A stretch of DNA of 63,423 nt, counting the filler. It is 10 parts of 10 records of this genome, joined end to end, with 100 filler letters (N's around TTAATTAATTAA, not from the genome) between each part and the next. Parts side by side here need not be neighbours in the genome. Positions count along the whole stretch, not along the records: positions 1 to 8,374 come from SRR11831586_517; positions 8,475 to 11,529 come from SRR11831586_518; 8 more parts are not named here. One strand, given 5' to 3'. Positions 1 to 10,362 of the stretch are shown here, in pieces. Position numbers and translations under genes: made by a program. The notes beneath the pieces were generated by a model. The model searched no databases. It saw nothing but the letters and a program-made list of their open reading frames with translations, and was not told the DNA's origin. Numbering within the stretch: the stretch's first letter is position 1; each line of letters opens with the position of its first letter.

Positions 1-2687
1 AAGGGCATCAGAGCGTCTTCCCGCCGGATGTAACGGCGGTGTTTGATCACGGCAAACGGGCCGTCTCCGCTTTCCCCATCGCTACCGGCACTTACTACAA
101 AGTGGACTACTCCGCTGGAGTGGACATTTCTCGCTATAAAAATGTGCCTGTTCCAACCTCATATATGGCCGAAAAATCGCAGTACGATTTTGTCGGCGCG
201 TGGTGTCACGATGAAGATGGCGGTTTGCTGCACGTTGCCAACCACCATATTGCGCCAGGTAAAAAACAGTGGAGTTGGGGACACAGTGAATTTGGCCAGG
301 CGTGGGATAAGAGTCTGACCGACAATAACGGCCCGTATATCGAACTGATGACCGGTATTTTTGCCGATAACCAGCCCGATTTTACCTGGCTTGATGCTTA
401 CGAAGAGAAGCGTTTTGAGCAGTATTTCCTGCCTTATCATTCTTTGGGCATGGTGCAAAATGCCTCCCGCGATGCGGTGATAAAACTCCAGCGTAGTAAG
501 CGGGGGATTGAGTGGGGGCTGTATGCCATCTCTCCGTTGAACGGATACCGCCTGGCGATCCGCGAAATCGGTAAATGCAACGCGTTACTTGATGATGCCG
601 TGGCACTGATGCCTGCGACCGCCATCCAGGGCGTGTTGCACGGTATCAATCCTGAAAGGCTGACCATTGAGCTCTCCGATGCCGACGGCAATATTGTACT
701 GAGTTATCAGGAACATCAGCCGCAAGCGTTGCCGTTACCGGACGTCGCCAAAGCGCCACTGGCAGCACAAGACATTACCAGTACAGATGAAGCCTGGTTT
801 ATCGGTCAGCATCTGGAGCAATATCATCACGCCAGCCGTTCACCGTTCGATTACTACCTGCGCGGCGTGGCGCTGGACCCGCTGGATTATCGCTGTAACC
901 TGGCGCTGGCGATGCTGGAATATAACCGCGCAGATTTCCCGCAAGCGGTGGCGTATGCCACTCAGGCTCTGAAACGCGCACATGCGCTGAACAAAAATCC
1001 GCAGTGCGGACAGGCGAGTTTGATTCGCGCCAGTGCTTACGAACGTCAGGGACAATATCAACAAGCCGAAGAGGATTTCTGGCGTGCGGTCTGGAGCGGC
1101 AACAGCAAAGCCGGTGGCTATTATGGCCTGGCACGACTGGCGGCGCGTAATGGTAACTTCGACGCTGGTCTGGATTTTTGCCAACAAAGTCTTCGCGCCT
1201 GCCCAACCAATCAGGAAGTGCTTTGCCTGCATAATCTGCTGCTGGTGTTAAGTGGTCGTCAGGACAACGCGCGTGTGCAGCGCGAGAAACTGCTGCGCGA
1301 TTATCCGCTGAACGCCACTCTGTGGTGGCTGAACTGGTTCGATGGTCGTAGCGAATCAGCTCTCGCGCAGTGGCGCGGTCTGTGTCAGGGACGCGACGTT
1401 AACGCCCTGATGACCGCCGGGCAACTGATTAACTGGGGAATGCCCACCCTGGCGGCAGAGATGCTGAACGCACTGGACTGCCAGCGCACGCTGCCGCTTT
1501 ACCTGCAAGCCAGCTTGCTGCCGAAAGCCGAACGTGGCGAACTGGTCGCAAAAGCCATTGATGTCTTCCCGCAGTTTGTCCGTTTCCCGAATACGCTGGA
1601 AGAAGTGGCGGCGCTGGAGAGTATTGAAGAGTGCTGGTTTGCTCGCCATTTACTAGCTTGCTTCTACTACAACAAACGTAGCTACAACAAAGCCATTGCC
1701 TTTTGGCAACGTTGCGTAGAGATGTCGCCGGAGTTTGCCGACGGCTGGCGCGGGTTAGCGATCCATGCGTGGAATAAGCAACACGATTATGAGCTGGCCG
1801 CGCGTTATCTTGATAATGCTTATCAGCTTGCGCCGCAGGATGCACGTCTGCTTTTCGAACGGGATTTGCTGGATAAGTTAAGTGGAGCCACACCGGAGAA
1901 ACGACTGGCGCGTCTGGAAAATAATCTGGAAATTGCGCTGAAACGCGACGACATGACCGCAGAACTGCTCAATTTGTGGCATCTCACGGGTCAGGCAGAC
2001 AAAGCGGCGGACATTCTCGCCACGCGCAAATTCCACCCGTGGGAAGGCGGGGAAGGGAAGGTCACCAGTCAGTTTATCCTCAACCAGTTATTACGCGCCT
2101 GGCAGCATCTTGATGCCAGACAGCCGCAGCAGGCCTGCGAACTGCTTCATGCCGCGCTGCATTATCCGGAGAATTTAAGCGAAGGCCGTTTACCGGGGCA
2201 AACTGATAACGACATCTGGTTCTGGCAGGCGATATGCGCCAACGCGCAGGGCGATGAAACTGAAGCGACGCGTTGTTTACGTCTGGCGGCGACCGGCGAT
2301 CGCACTATTAACATTCACAGTTATTACAACGATCAGCCGGTTGATTATCTCTTCTGGCAAGGGATGGCGCTGCGACTGCTGGGCGAACAACAAACCGCAC
2401 AGCAACTGTTTAGTGAAATGAAACAGTGGGCGCAAGAGATGGCGAAAACCAGTATCGAAGCGGATTTCTTTGCCGTCTCGCAACCTGACTTGTTGTCGCT
2501 GTATGGCGATTTACAACAGCAGCATAAAGAAAAATGCCTGATGGTGGCGATGCTGGCGTCCGCGGGACTCGGGGAGGTTGCGCAATATGAGTCTGCTCGC
2601 GCTGAATTGACGGCGATTAATCCGGCTTGGCCGAAAGCGGCATTATTCACCACCGTGATGCCTTTTATTTTTAACCGCGTTCACTAA
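1..2687 (+). CDS. yphG: YphG, large TPR-repeat protein (5' truncated by window edge)
   Basis: Frame open from base 3. TPR-like helical repeats; lies upstream of yphF as in E. coli K-12. Confidence 0.93.
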   Translation, partial: GHQSVFPPDVTAVFDHGKRAVSAFPIATGTYYKVDYSAGVDISRYKNVPVPTSYMAEKSQYDFVGAWCHDEDGGLLHVANHHIAPGKKQWSWGHSEFGQAWDKSLTDNNGPYIELMTGIFADNQPDFTWLDAYEEKRFEQYFLPYHSLGMVQNASRDAVIKLQRSKRGIEWGLYAISPLNGYRLAIREIGKCNALLDDAVALMPATAIQGVLHGINPERLTIELSDADGNIVLSYQEHQPQALPLPDVAKAPLAAQDITSTDEAWFIGQHLEQYHHASRSPFDYYLRGVALDPLDYRCNLALAMLEYNRADFPQAVAYATQALKRAHALNKNPQCGQASLIRASAYERQGQYQQAEEDFWRAVWSGNSKAGGYYGLARLAARNGNFDAGLDFCQQSLRACPTNQEVLCLHNLLLVLSGRQDNARVQREKLLRDYPLNATLWWLNWFDGRSESALAQWRGLCQGRDVNALMTAGQLINWGMPTLAAEMLNALDCQRTLPLYLQASLLPKAERGELVAKAIDVFPQFVRFPNTLEEVAALESIEECWFARHLLACFYYNKRSYNKAIAFWQRCVEMSPEFADGWRGLAIHAWNKQHDYELAARYLDNAYQLAPQDARLLFERDLLDKLSGATPEKRLARLENNLEIALKRDDMTAELLNLWHLTGQADKAADILATRKFHPWEGGEGKVTSQFILNQLLRAWQHLDARQPQQACELLHAALHYPENLSEGRLPGQTDNDIWFWQAICANAQGDETEATRCLRLAATGDRTINIHSYYNDQPVDYLFWQGMALRLLGEQQTAQQLFSEMKQWAQEMAKTSIEADFFAVSQPDLLSLYGDLQQQHKEKCLMVAMLASAGLGEVAQYESARAELTAINPAWPKAALFTTVMPFIFNRVH

Positions 2688-2783
2688 ACCCTATTAACTG
2701 TAATATTTGAGCGGCACGCGCTGCCGCTCATCACAAAATAATTAGAATAAGCCGTTGTTAATAAAAACCCTACAGGAGGCTCT

Positions 2784-3767
2784 ATGCCTACAAAAATGAG
2801 AACAACCCGTAATCTATTATTAATGGCTACGCTATTAGGTAGCGCACTATTTGCCAGGGCTGCGGAAAAAGAAATGACCATTGGCGCAATATACCTTGAT
2901 ACTCAGGGATACTACGCTGGAGTGCGTCAGGGCGTTCAGGATGCGGCAAAAGATTCCTCAGTACAAGTTCAGTTAATAGAAACTAACGCCCAGGGTGATA
3001 TTTCGAAAGAAAGTACCTTTGTTGATACCCTCGTGGCGCGTAATGTCGATGCCATTATTTTATCGGCAGTGTCTGAAAATGGCAGTAGCCGTACCGTTCG
3101 TCGCGCCAGTGAAGCGGGCATTCCGGTGATTTGCTACAACACCTGTATTAATCAAAAGGGGGTCGATAAATATGTCTCGGCGTATCTGGTCGGCGATCCG
3201 CTGGAATTTGGTAAAAAACTGGGTAACGCTGCCGCTGATTATTTTATTGCCAATAAAATTGACCAGCCGAAAATTGCCGTCATCAATTGCGAAGCCTTTG
3301 AAGTTTGTGTGCAGCGACGTAAAGGATTTGAAGAAGTTTTAAAATCCCGCGTTCCCGGCGCGCAAATTGTCGCTAATCAGGAAGGGACTGTTTTAGATAA
3401 AGCGATTTCCGTTGGTGAAAAACTAATTATCTCCACGCCGGATCTCAACGCCATTATGGGGGAATCGGGCGGTGCGACACTCGGCGCGGTAAAAGCGGTA
3501 CGTAATCAAAATCAGGCCGGAAAAATTGCTGTTTTCGGTTCGGATATGACAACCGAAATTGCTCAGGAGCTGGAAAACAATCAGGTGCTGAAAGCGGTAG
3601 TGGATATTTCCGGTAAGAAAATGGGCAATGCTGTTTTCGCGCAAACATTGAAGGTTATCAATAAACAAGCCGACGGTGAAAAAGTGATTCAGGTGCCTAT
3701 CGATCTCTATACCAAAACGGAAGACGGTAAACAGTGGCTGGCAACGCACGTTGATGGTCTGCCCTAA
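2784..3767 (+). CDS. yphF: Sugar ABC transporter periplasmic binding protein
   Basis: 327 aa, signal peptide, RbsB-like sequence, AGGAGG RBS. Confidence 0.95.
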   Translation: MPTKMRTTRNLLLMATLLGSALFARAAEKEMTIGAIYLDTQGYYAGVRQGVQDAAKDSSVQVQLIETNAQGDISKESTFVDTLVARNVDAIILSAVSENGSSRTVRRASEAGIPVICYNTCINQKGVDKYVSAYLVGDPLEFGKKLGNAAADYFIANKIDQPKIAVINCEAFEVCVQRRKGFEEVLKSRVPGAQIVANQEGTVLDKAISVGEKLIISTPDLNAIMGESGGATLGAVKAVRNQNQAGKIAVFGSDMTTEIAQELENNQVLKAVVDISGKKMGNAVFAQTLKVINKQADGEKVIQVPIDLYTKTEDGKQWLATHVDGLP

Positions 3768-3789
3768 TCGCTGATTCGCAGAGGTCCCT

Positions 3790-5300
3790 ATGTTCACGGC
3801 AACAGAGGCAGTCCCGGTAGCAAAAGTGGTGGCAGGAAATAAGCGTTATCCCGGCGTCGTTGCGCTGGATAACGTTAACTTCACGCTCAATAAAGGCGAA
3901 GTTCGTGCGCTGTTAGGTAAAAACGGCGCGGGCAAATCGACTCTCATTCGAATGCTTACCGGCAGCGAACGCCCGGATAGCGGTGATATCTGGATTGGCG
4001 AGACGCGACTGGAAGGTGACGAAGCTACGCTGACTCGCCGTGCCGCTGAACTGGGGGTGCGCGCGGTTTATCAGGAGTTAAGTCTGGTGGAAGGGCTGAC
4101 AGTGGCGGAAAACCTCTGCCTCGGTCAGTGGCCCCGCCGCAACGGCATGATTGATTACCTGCAAATGGCGCAGGATGCCCAACGTTGCTTACAGGCGCTG
4201 GGCGTTGACGTTAGTCCTGAACAACTTGTTTCAACGCTAAGCCCGGCGCAAAAGCAGCTGGTGGAAATTGCGCGGGTGATGAAGGGCGAGCCGCGCGTGG
4301 TCATTCTTGATGAACCTACCAGTTCGCTTGCGAGTGCGGAAGTTGAACTGGTGATCAGCGCGGTGAAAAAGATGTCGGCACTGGGCGTGGCGGTGATTTA
4401 TGTCAGCCACCGGATGGAAGAAATTCGCCGCATTGCCTCCTGTGCCACCGTTATGCGCGATGGTCAGGTGGCGGGCGATGTGATGCTCGAAAACACCTCC
4501 ACGCATCATATTGTGTCGCTGATGCTCGGGCGCGATCACGTTGATATTGCGCCGGTAGCCCCTCAGGAAATTGTGGATCAGGCCGTGCTGGAAGTCCGTG
4601 CGTTACGCCATAAGCCCAAGCTGGAGGATATCAGTTTTACGCTACGTCGTGGCGAAGTGCTCGGCATTGCTGGTCTGCTGGGGGCAGGGCGCAGTGAATT
4701 GCTGAAGGCGATTGTTGGGCTGGAGGAGTATGAACAGGGCGAAATTGTTATCAACGGCGAGAAAATCACGCGCCCCGATTACGGCGACATGCTGAAACGC
4801 GGCATTGGCTATACGCCAGAAAACCGCAAAGAAGCGGGGATCATTCCCTGGTTGGGCGTTGACGAAAATACAGTGCTGACCAATCGGCAAAAAATCAGCG
4901 CAACGGTGTGCTGCAATGGTCCACCATCCGCCGCCTGACCGAAGAGGTGATGCAGCGGATGACGGTCAAGGCCGCCAGTAGCGAAACACCCATCGGCACG
5001 CTTTCTGGTGGCAATCAGCAAAAAGTGGTGATCGGTCGTTGGGTCTATGCTGCCAGCCAGATTTTGTTGCTCGACGAGCCAACGCGCGGCGTCGATATCG
5101 AAGCCAAACAGCAGATTTACCGTATTGTCCGTGAGCTGGCTGCCGAAGGAAAAAGCGTGGTGTTTATCTCCAGTGAAGTGGAGGAGTTGCCGCTGGTGTG
5201 TGACCGCATCCTGTTATTACAGCACGGCACGTTCTCGCAGGAGTTTCACGCTCCGGTCAATGTGGATGAGCTGATGTCCGCCATTCTGTCTGTGCACTGA
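3790..5300 (+). CDS. yphE: Sugar ABC transporter ATPase, split by a 1-bp deletion near 4900
   Basis: Walker A GKNGAGKST in ORF 3790-4938; second NBD (LSGGNQQKV, LLLDEPT) in ORF 4908-5300. Span is 1511 bp, one short of a whole number of codons. Confidence 0.92.
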
Positions 5301-5324
5301 TGAATTTTACCGAGGAACCTGAAG

Positions 5325-6323
5325 ATGTCTGCTTCGTCATTACCATTGCCGCAGGGCAAGAGCGTCTCGCTCAAACAATTTGTCAGTCGCCATATTAATG
5401 AGATCGGTTTGCTGGTGGTGATTGCCATTCTTTATCTGGTCTTCTCCCTGAACGCGCCTGGCTTTATCTCATTGAATAACCAGATGAACGTGCTGCGCGA
5501 TGCCGCCACCATTGGGATTGCCGCCTGGGCGATGACGCTGATTATTATCTCCGGTGAAATTGATGTCAGCGTTGGGCCGATGGTGGCTTTTGTCTCGGTG
5601 TGCCTGGCATTTTTGCTGCAATTTGAAGTTCCGCTGGCGGTGGCGTGCCTGCTGGTGTTGCTGTTAGGCGCGCTGATGGGAACGCTGGCCGGGGTGCTGC
5701 GCGGCGTGTTTAATGTACCAAGTTTCGTTGCCACACTGGGGCTGTGGAGCGCCCTGCGCGGAATGGGGCTGTTTATGACGAACGCACTGCCAGTGCCGAT
5801 TGATGAAAACGAGGTGCTGGACTGGCTGGGCGGACAATTTCTCGGTGTGCCGGTATCCGCGCTGATCATGATTGTGTTGTTTGCGCTGTTTGTGTTCATC
5901 AGCCGCAAAACCGCCTTCGGGCGCTCGGTTTTTGCCGTTGGCGGTAATGCTACGGCGGCGCAGTTGTGCGGCATCAACGTTCGTCGGGTGCGCATTCTTA
6001 TCTTTACCCTTTCGGGATTATTAGCGGCGGTGACCGGCATTTTGTTGGCGGCGCGCCTCGGTTCTGGTAACGCAGGTGCCGCAAACGGTCTGGAGTTTGA
6101 CGTCATCGCCGCGGTCGTGGTCGGCGGTACGGCACTTTCCGGCGGTCGCGGTTCCCTGTTCGGTACATTGCTTGGTGTGCTGGTGATTACGCTAATCGGT
6201 AACGGTCTGGTGCTGCTCGGTATTAACTCCTTTTTCCAGCAGGTGGTACGCGGCGTCATCATCGTGGTGGCGGTGCTGGCGAATATCTTGCTGACCCAGC
6301 GAAGCAGTAAAGCGAAACGCTAA
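5325..6323 (+). CDS. yphD: Sugar ABC transporter permease (RbsC family)
   Basis: 332 aa, hydrophobic, IAAVVVGGTALSGGRG motif. Confidence 0.95.
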   Translation: MSASSLPLPQGKSVSLKQFVSRHINEIGLLVVIAILYLVFSLNAPGFISLNNQMNVLRDAATIGIAAWAMTLIIISGEIDVSVGPMVAFVSVCLAFLLQFEVPLAVACLLVLLLGALMGTLAGVLRGVFNVPSFVATLGLWSALRGMGLFMTNALPVPIDENEVLDWLGGQFLGVPVSALIMIVLFALFVFISRKTAFGRSVFAVGGNATAAQLCGINVRRVRILIFTLSGLLAAVTGILLAARLGSGNAGAANGLEFDVIAAVVVGGTALSGGRGSLFGTLLGVLVITLIGNGLVLLGINSFFQQVVRGVIIVVAVLANILLTQRSSKAKR

Positions 6324-6388
6324 ACCTTAACGCCCCTGGCGCGGGTGCGGCAGGGATGAAAATTAATCGTATTGTTAATGAGGGATTT

Positions 6389-7450
6389 ATGAAAACGATG
6401 CTGGCAGCTTATTTACCAGGAAATTCGACCGTCGATCTGCGGGAAGTTGCGGTGCCGACGCCGGGGATTAACCAGGTACTGATCAAAATGAAATCCTCCG
6501 GGATTTGCGGAAGCGATGTCCACTATATCTATCATCAACACCGTGCCACAGCGGCGGCACCCGATAAACCGTTATACCAGGGCTTTATCAACGGTCATGA
6601 ACCGTGCGGGCAGATTGTGGCGATGGGGCAAGGCTGCCGCCATTTTAAAGAGGGCGACCGCGTGCTGGTGTATCACATTTCTGGCTGTGGTTTTTGCCCG
6701 AACTGCCGTCGCGGTTTTCCTATTTCTTGTACTGGCGAAGGAAAAGCGGCTTACGGCTGGCAGCGTGACGGCGGTCATGCCGAATACTTGCTGGCGGAAG
6801 AAAAAGATCTGATCCTCCTGCCGGATGCGCTGAGCTACGAAGATGGTGCGTTTATCAGTTGCGGCGTTGGTACAGCGTATGAAGGAATTTTGCGCGGCGA
6901 AGTTTCCGGCAGTGATAACGTGCTGGTGGTCGGTCTGGGGCCAGTCGGCATGATGGCGATGATGCTGGCGAAAGGTCGCGGTGCAAAACGGATCATCGGC
7001 GTTGATATGCTGCCGGAACGTCTGGCGATGGCAAAACAGTTAGGGGTGATGGATCACGGCTATTTAGCAACCACCGAAGGTCTGCCGCAGATTATCGCCG
7101 AACTCACCCACGGTGGCGCGGATGTTGCGCTCGATTGTTCCGGTAATGCCGCAGGTCGCTTGCTGGCACTGCAATCCACCGCTGACTGGGGACGGGTGGT
7201 TTACATTGGTGAAACCGGAAAAGTGGAATTCGAGGTCAGCGCCGATCTGATGCACCATCAACGGCGGATTATCGGCTCCTGGGTGACCAGTCTGTTCCAT
7301 ATGGAAAAATGCGCCCATGATCTGACGGACTGGAAGCTGTGGCCGCGTAACGCCATTACCCATCGCTTCTCGCTGGAACAGGCAGGTGATGCCTATGCGC
7401 TGATGGCGAGCGGCAAATGCGGGAAAGTTGTGATTAACTTCCCGGATTAA
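6389..7450 (+). CDS. yphC: Zn-dependent alcohol/sugar dehydrogenase
   Basis: GICGSD, GHE, CxxCxxC and GLGPVG motifs; ATG 6389 follows a GAGGG RBS (353 aa). Confidence 0.93.
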   Translation: MKTMLAAYLPGNSTVDLREVAVPTPGINQVLIKMKSSGICGSDVHYIYHQHRATAAAPDKPLYQGFINGHEPCGQIVAMGQGCRHFKEGDRVLVYHISGCGFCPNCRRGFPISCTGEGKAAYGWQRDGGHAEYLLAEEKDLILLPDALSYEDGAFISCGVGTAYEGILRGEVSGSDNVLVVGLGPVGMMAMMLAKGRGAKRIIGVDMLPERLAMAKQLGVMDHGYLATTEGLPQIIAELTHGGADVALDCSGNAAGRLLALQSTADWGRVVYIGETGKVEFEVSADLMHHQRRIIGSWVTSLFHMEKCAHDLTDWKLWPRNAITHRFSLEQAGDAYALMASGKCGKVVINFPD

Positions 7451-7461
7451 GGAGTTAGCGG

Positions 7462-8334
7462 ATGACCATCTATACCTTATCCCACGGGTCGCTAAAGCTG
7501 GACGTTTCTGACCAGGGCGGCGTAATCGAAGGCTTCTGGCGCGATACGACGCCGCTCTTACGTCCTGGTAAAAAAAGCGGTGTGGCAACCGATGCCTCAT
7601 GTTTTCCGCTGGTGCCATTTGCAAACCGGGTGAGCGGCAATCGTTTTGTCTGGCAGGGGCGTGAGTATCAACTGCAACCGAATGTTGAGTGGGATGCGCA
7701 CTATCTACACGGCGATGGCTGGCTGGGCGAGTGGCAATGTGTCTCGCACAGCGATGATAGTTTGTGTCTGGTGTATGAACATCGCAGCGGTGTCTATCAC
7801 TATCGGGTAAGTCAGGCGTTTCATTTAACGGCGGATACGCTGACGGTGACGCTCTCTGTCACCAATCAAGGGGCAGAGACGCTGCCATTTGGTACCGGCT
7901 GGCATCCTTATTTTCCGTTGTCGCCGCAAACGCGGATTCAGGCACAGGCGAGCGGTTACTGGCTGGAGCGGGAGCAGTGGCTGGCGGGTGAGTTTTGCGA
8001 GCAGCTACCGCAGGAACTGGATTTTAACCAGCCCGCGCCGTTGCCGCGCCAGTGGGTGAACAATGGTTTTGCCGGATGGAATGGTCAGGCCCGCATCGAG
8101 CAGCCGCAGGAAGGTTATGCCATCATCATGGAAACGACGCCACCTGCACCGTGTTATTTCATCTTTGTTTCCGACCCTGCGTTTGATAAAGGATATGCGT
8201 TTGATTTCTTCTGTCTGGAACCGATGAGCCATGCGCCGGATGATCATCATCGCCCGGAAGGGGGTGATCTCATTGCGCTAGCACCAGGGGAATCAACAAC
8301 TTCAGAGATGTCGTTGCGGGTAGAGTGGCTGTAA
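7462..8334 (+). CDS. yphB: Aldose 1-epimerase (mutarotase) family protein
   Basis: PFANRV, LHGDG, GWHPYF, CLEPM motifs. Confidence 0.93.
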   Translation: MTIYTLSHGSLKLDVSDQGGVIEGFWRDTTPLLRPGKKSGVATDASCFPLVPFANRVSGNRFVWQGREYQLQPNVEWDAHYLHGDGWLGEWQCVSHSDDSLCLVYEHRSGVYHYRVSQAFHLTADTLTVTLSVTNQGAETLPFGTGWHPYFPLSPQTRIQAQASGYWLEREQWLAGEFCEQLPQELDFNQPAPLPRQWVNNGFAGWNGQARIEQPQEGYAIIMETTPPAPCYFIFVSDPAFDKGYAFDFFCLEPMSHAPDDHHRPEGGDLIALAPGESTTSEMSLRVEWL

Positions 8335-8344
8335 TTTATTAAAT

Positions 8345-8374
8345 GCCGGATAAGGCGTTCACGCCGCATCCGGC
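8345..8374. repeat. REP (PU) element at contig end
   Basis: GCCGGATAAGGCGTTCACGCCGCATCCGGC matches the E. coli REP consensus. Confidence 0.92.
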
Positions 8375-8474
8375 NNNNNNNNNNNNNNNNNNNNNNNNNN
8401 NNNNNNNNNNNNNNNNNNTTAATTAATTAANNNNNNNNNNNNNNNNNNNNNNNNNNNNNNNNNNNNNNNNNNNN
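8375..8474. other. Artificial contig spacer
   Basis: 44 N + TTAATTAATTAA (stops in six frames) + 44 N. Confidence 0.99.
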
Positions 8475-8970
8475 TCTGTGTCGCGTCTGTCTCTGAACAC
8501 CCGGTCTGCATGGTCACACATGGAAAGGACACATCCCCCGCCGTCACTGAGTTATTGCCTGTTTGTTTGATCATATACCCTGACGCTTGCTGCGTGTGTG
8601 TGTGTGCGTTGCTCGCTGCGCAGGGCTGTTCTATGATGTCATGAGCGAGCCCTTCCAACGTCTCTCAGTGCGGCCTGATCGCGGGTCTCTTTCGGGACAG
8701 GCCTTCCAATCGTTCTCTTGCGCGTAGAGCCTCTGCTGCGGCGTTTGTTTGCGCATGTGTGTGCGTGTGGTGTATATCTGTATGGGGTTCTGAATTTCCC
8801 GTCATGATTATTGCTCGCATTATGTTGTTTGCGTGCCTCTCTCTGTGACGTCGTTGTGTACATGGGTGTGGATGGCTGCTGCGACGTTCTTCGTTCGTGC
8901 AGCACTGAGCGCCGCCGGGTGGGTGTTTGTATTCGTGTGCGGCCCCGTGCACACTTTAAGCGTTATACTT

Positions 8971-8994
8971 GAGAGCAAACCCGAGAGCAAACCC
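8971..8994. repeat. Tandem 12-bp direct repeat GAGAGCAAACCC x2
   Basis: Seen directly in the sequence. Confidence 0.8.
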
Positions 8995-9302
8995 GCGGCG
9001 CGTATCGCTGCGGTTGCGATGTGTAGTCGGTCCGAGGTAGAGAGAGGGCTGTTGTGTGAGTATATTTATTTATTTGTCCCGTGATATGTAATCGCGTTTG
9101 TACTGAGAGTTTTTTTGTAAATAGTAGGATTAACGAGAGTGGTGTTCATGTTACGAACGGAGATGTGTCAGACGCTGCAAATCTTGTGACGGAAATTTCT
9201 GCACATGATCCGAGAAGATTCCAGCCTGCTTTGAGGAGATTCTGCTCATATAAGCTTGCGTGCTCAGGCCGCAGTTCAGTTTTCATTAGAGTATTGTTCG
9301 AC

Positions 9303-9850
9303 ATGGCGCTGCAGGAATACAAGGAATTGCTGGGTGACCAGTTTCTTGATCACTCAGGGAAGCAATTGAGCTTTGATGAAGCCATTGGCGACGCAGAGAA
9401 GGTGGGCCTGCTTTTCTCAGGTACTTTTATTGATTCGATTCCGTGGTTGCTCATATACTTCAGCTGCGTGGTGCCCGCCGTGCCGTTCCTTCGGTCCGGA
9501 TTTGGAGGCTGCGTACGAAAAGTGGAAGCAAGCGGGCCATAAGATGAGGATCATTTTCATTTCGTCTGATCGCGATGAAGCGGCCTTCAAGGAAAACTTT
9601 GCGCACAAGCACAAGGACATCATCGCCATCGCTCTCAACTCGGATAGAGCCAACAAGCTTAAGTCTCACTTTGCTGTGCGTGGCATTCCTTCGTTCATTG
9701 TGCTCGCCCCCGGAAATAAGGCACGCGCGTCATTCTTCTCTGTATGTATACAAGTTGTAATGCGGTACCCTCCTGTCTACTGTGCAGATTTCTCGCGAGG
9801 CCCGCTCCGATGTGTATACTGCCGGAGGCGATGCGTTCAAGATGTGGTGA
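9303..9850 (+). CDS. Tryparedoxin/nucleoredoxin-like thioredoxin (WCPPC); exons 9303-9420, 9464-9720 (or -9741), 9788-9850; 145 aa
   Basis: Removing GT-AG intron 9421-9463 joins KVGLLFS to AAWCPPCR. IIFISSDRDE and VRGIPSF follow. A second intron ending CAG at 9787 gives ISREARSDVYTAGGDAFKMW-TGA. Confidence 0.88.
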
Positions 9851-10362
9851 GCCACCACGACACTGTATTATCTACCTTTGTATGAATATTTTTTTTCAGT
9901 AACTCGTCGTGTGGTATATTTCAGAGACCACACTGAACGCGCAGCTACATGTAAAGGCGAACGGATGTAATTTGTTTCTTTGTGACGTCTTCATGCGCCC
10001 CACACTGCTTGTGGTCATGCAGTCTGGTCACCATCACGTAAGATTCATCTTGTGCCTTGGGATACGTAGCTCAACTCACAGGGCTCAGTTCAACGACGGA
10101 AACCCATCTTTGCATATATATACAGCCACATCAAACACTGCACGTTCCCGTCTGTATCACACCGCAGCAAATCCTCACAGACGCCACGATGCGCTGCGAC
10201 CTCATGCACAGTAGGAGCATTGCTAGTGTGTGAGTGTGTGTGTGGTAGGTTACATGCGAGCTGCCATTTGACTTCACACTCACCGCACACTCTAACATGA
10301 ACCATACTGGAAACGATAACACATCTCTCATGAACGGGACGGAGAGGACACACACGTCGCAT

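Noticed and set aside
8419..8430. Recurrent TTAATTAATTAA palindrome as a biological repeat or CRISPR-like array
   Set aside because: Always centred in 88 Ns with fixed geometry; it is an assembly linker with six-frame stops.
8475..9300. Short ORFs and (GT)n runs at the start of the first eukaryotic contig
   Set aside because: No consistent exon chain or motif could be built; treated as unresolved UTR, intergenic or gene-end sequence.
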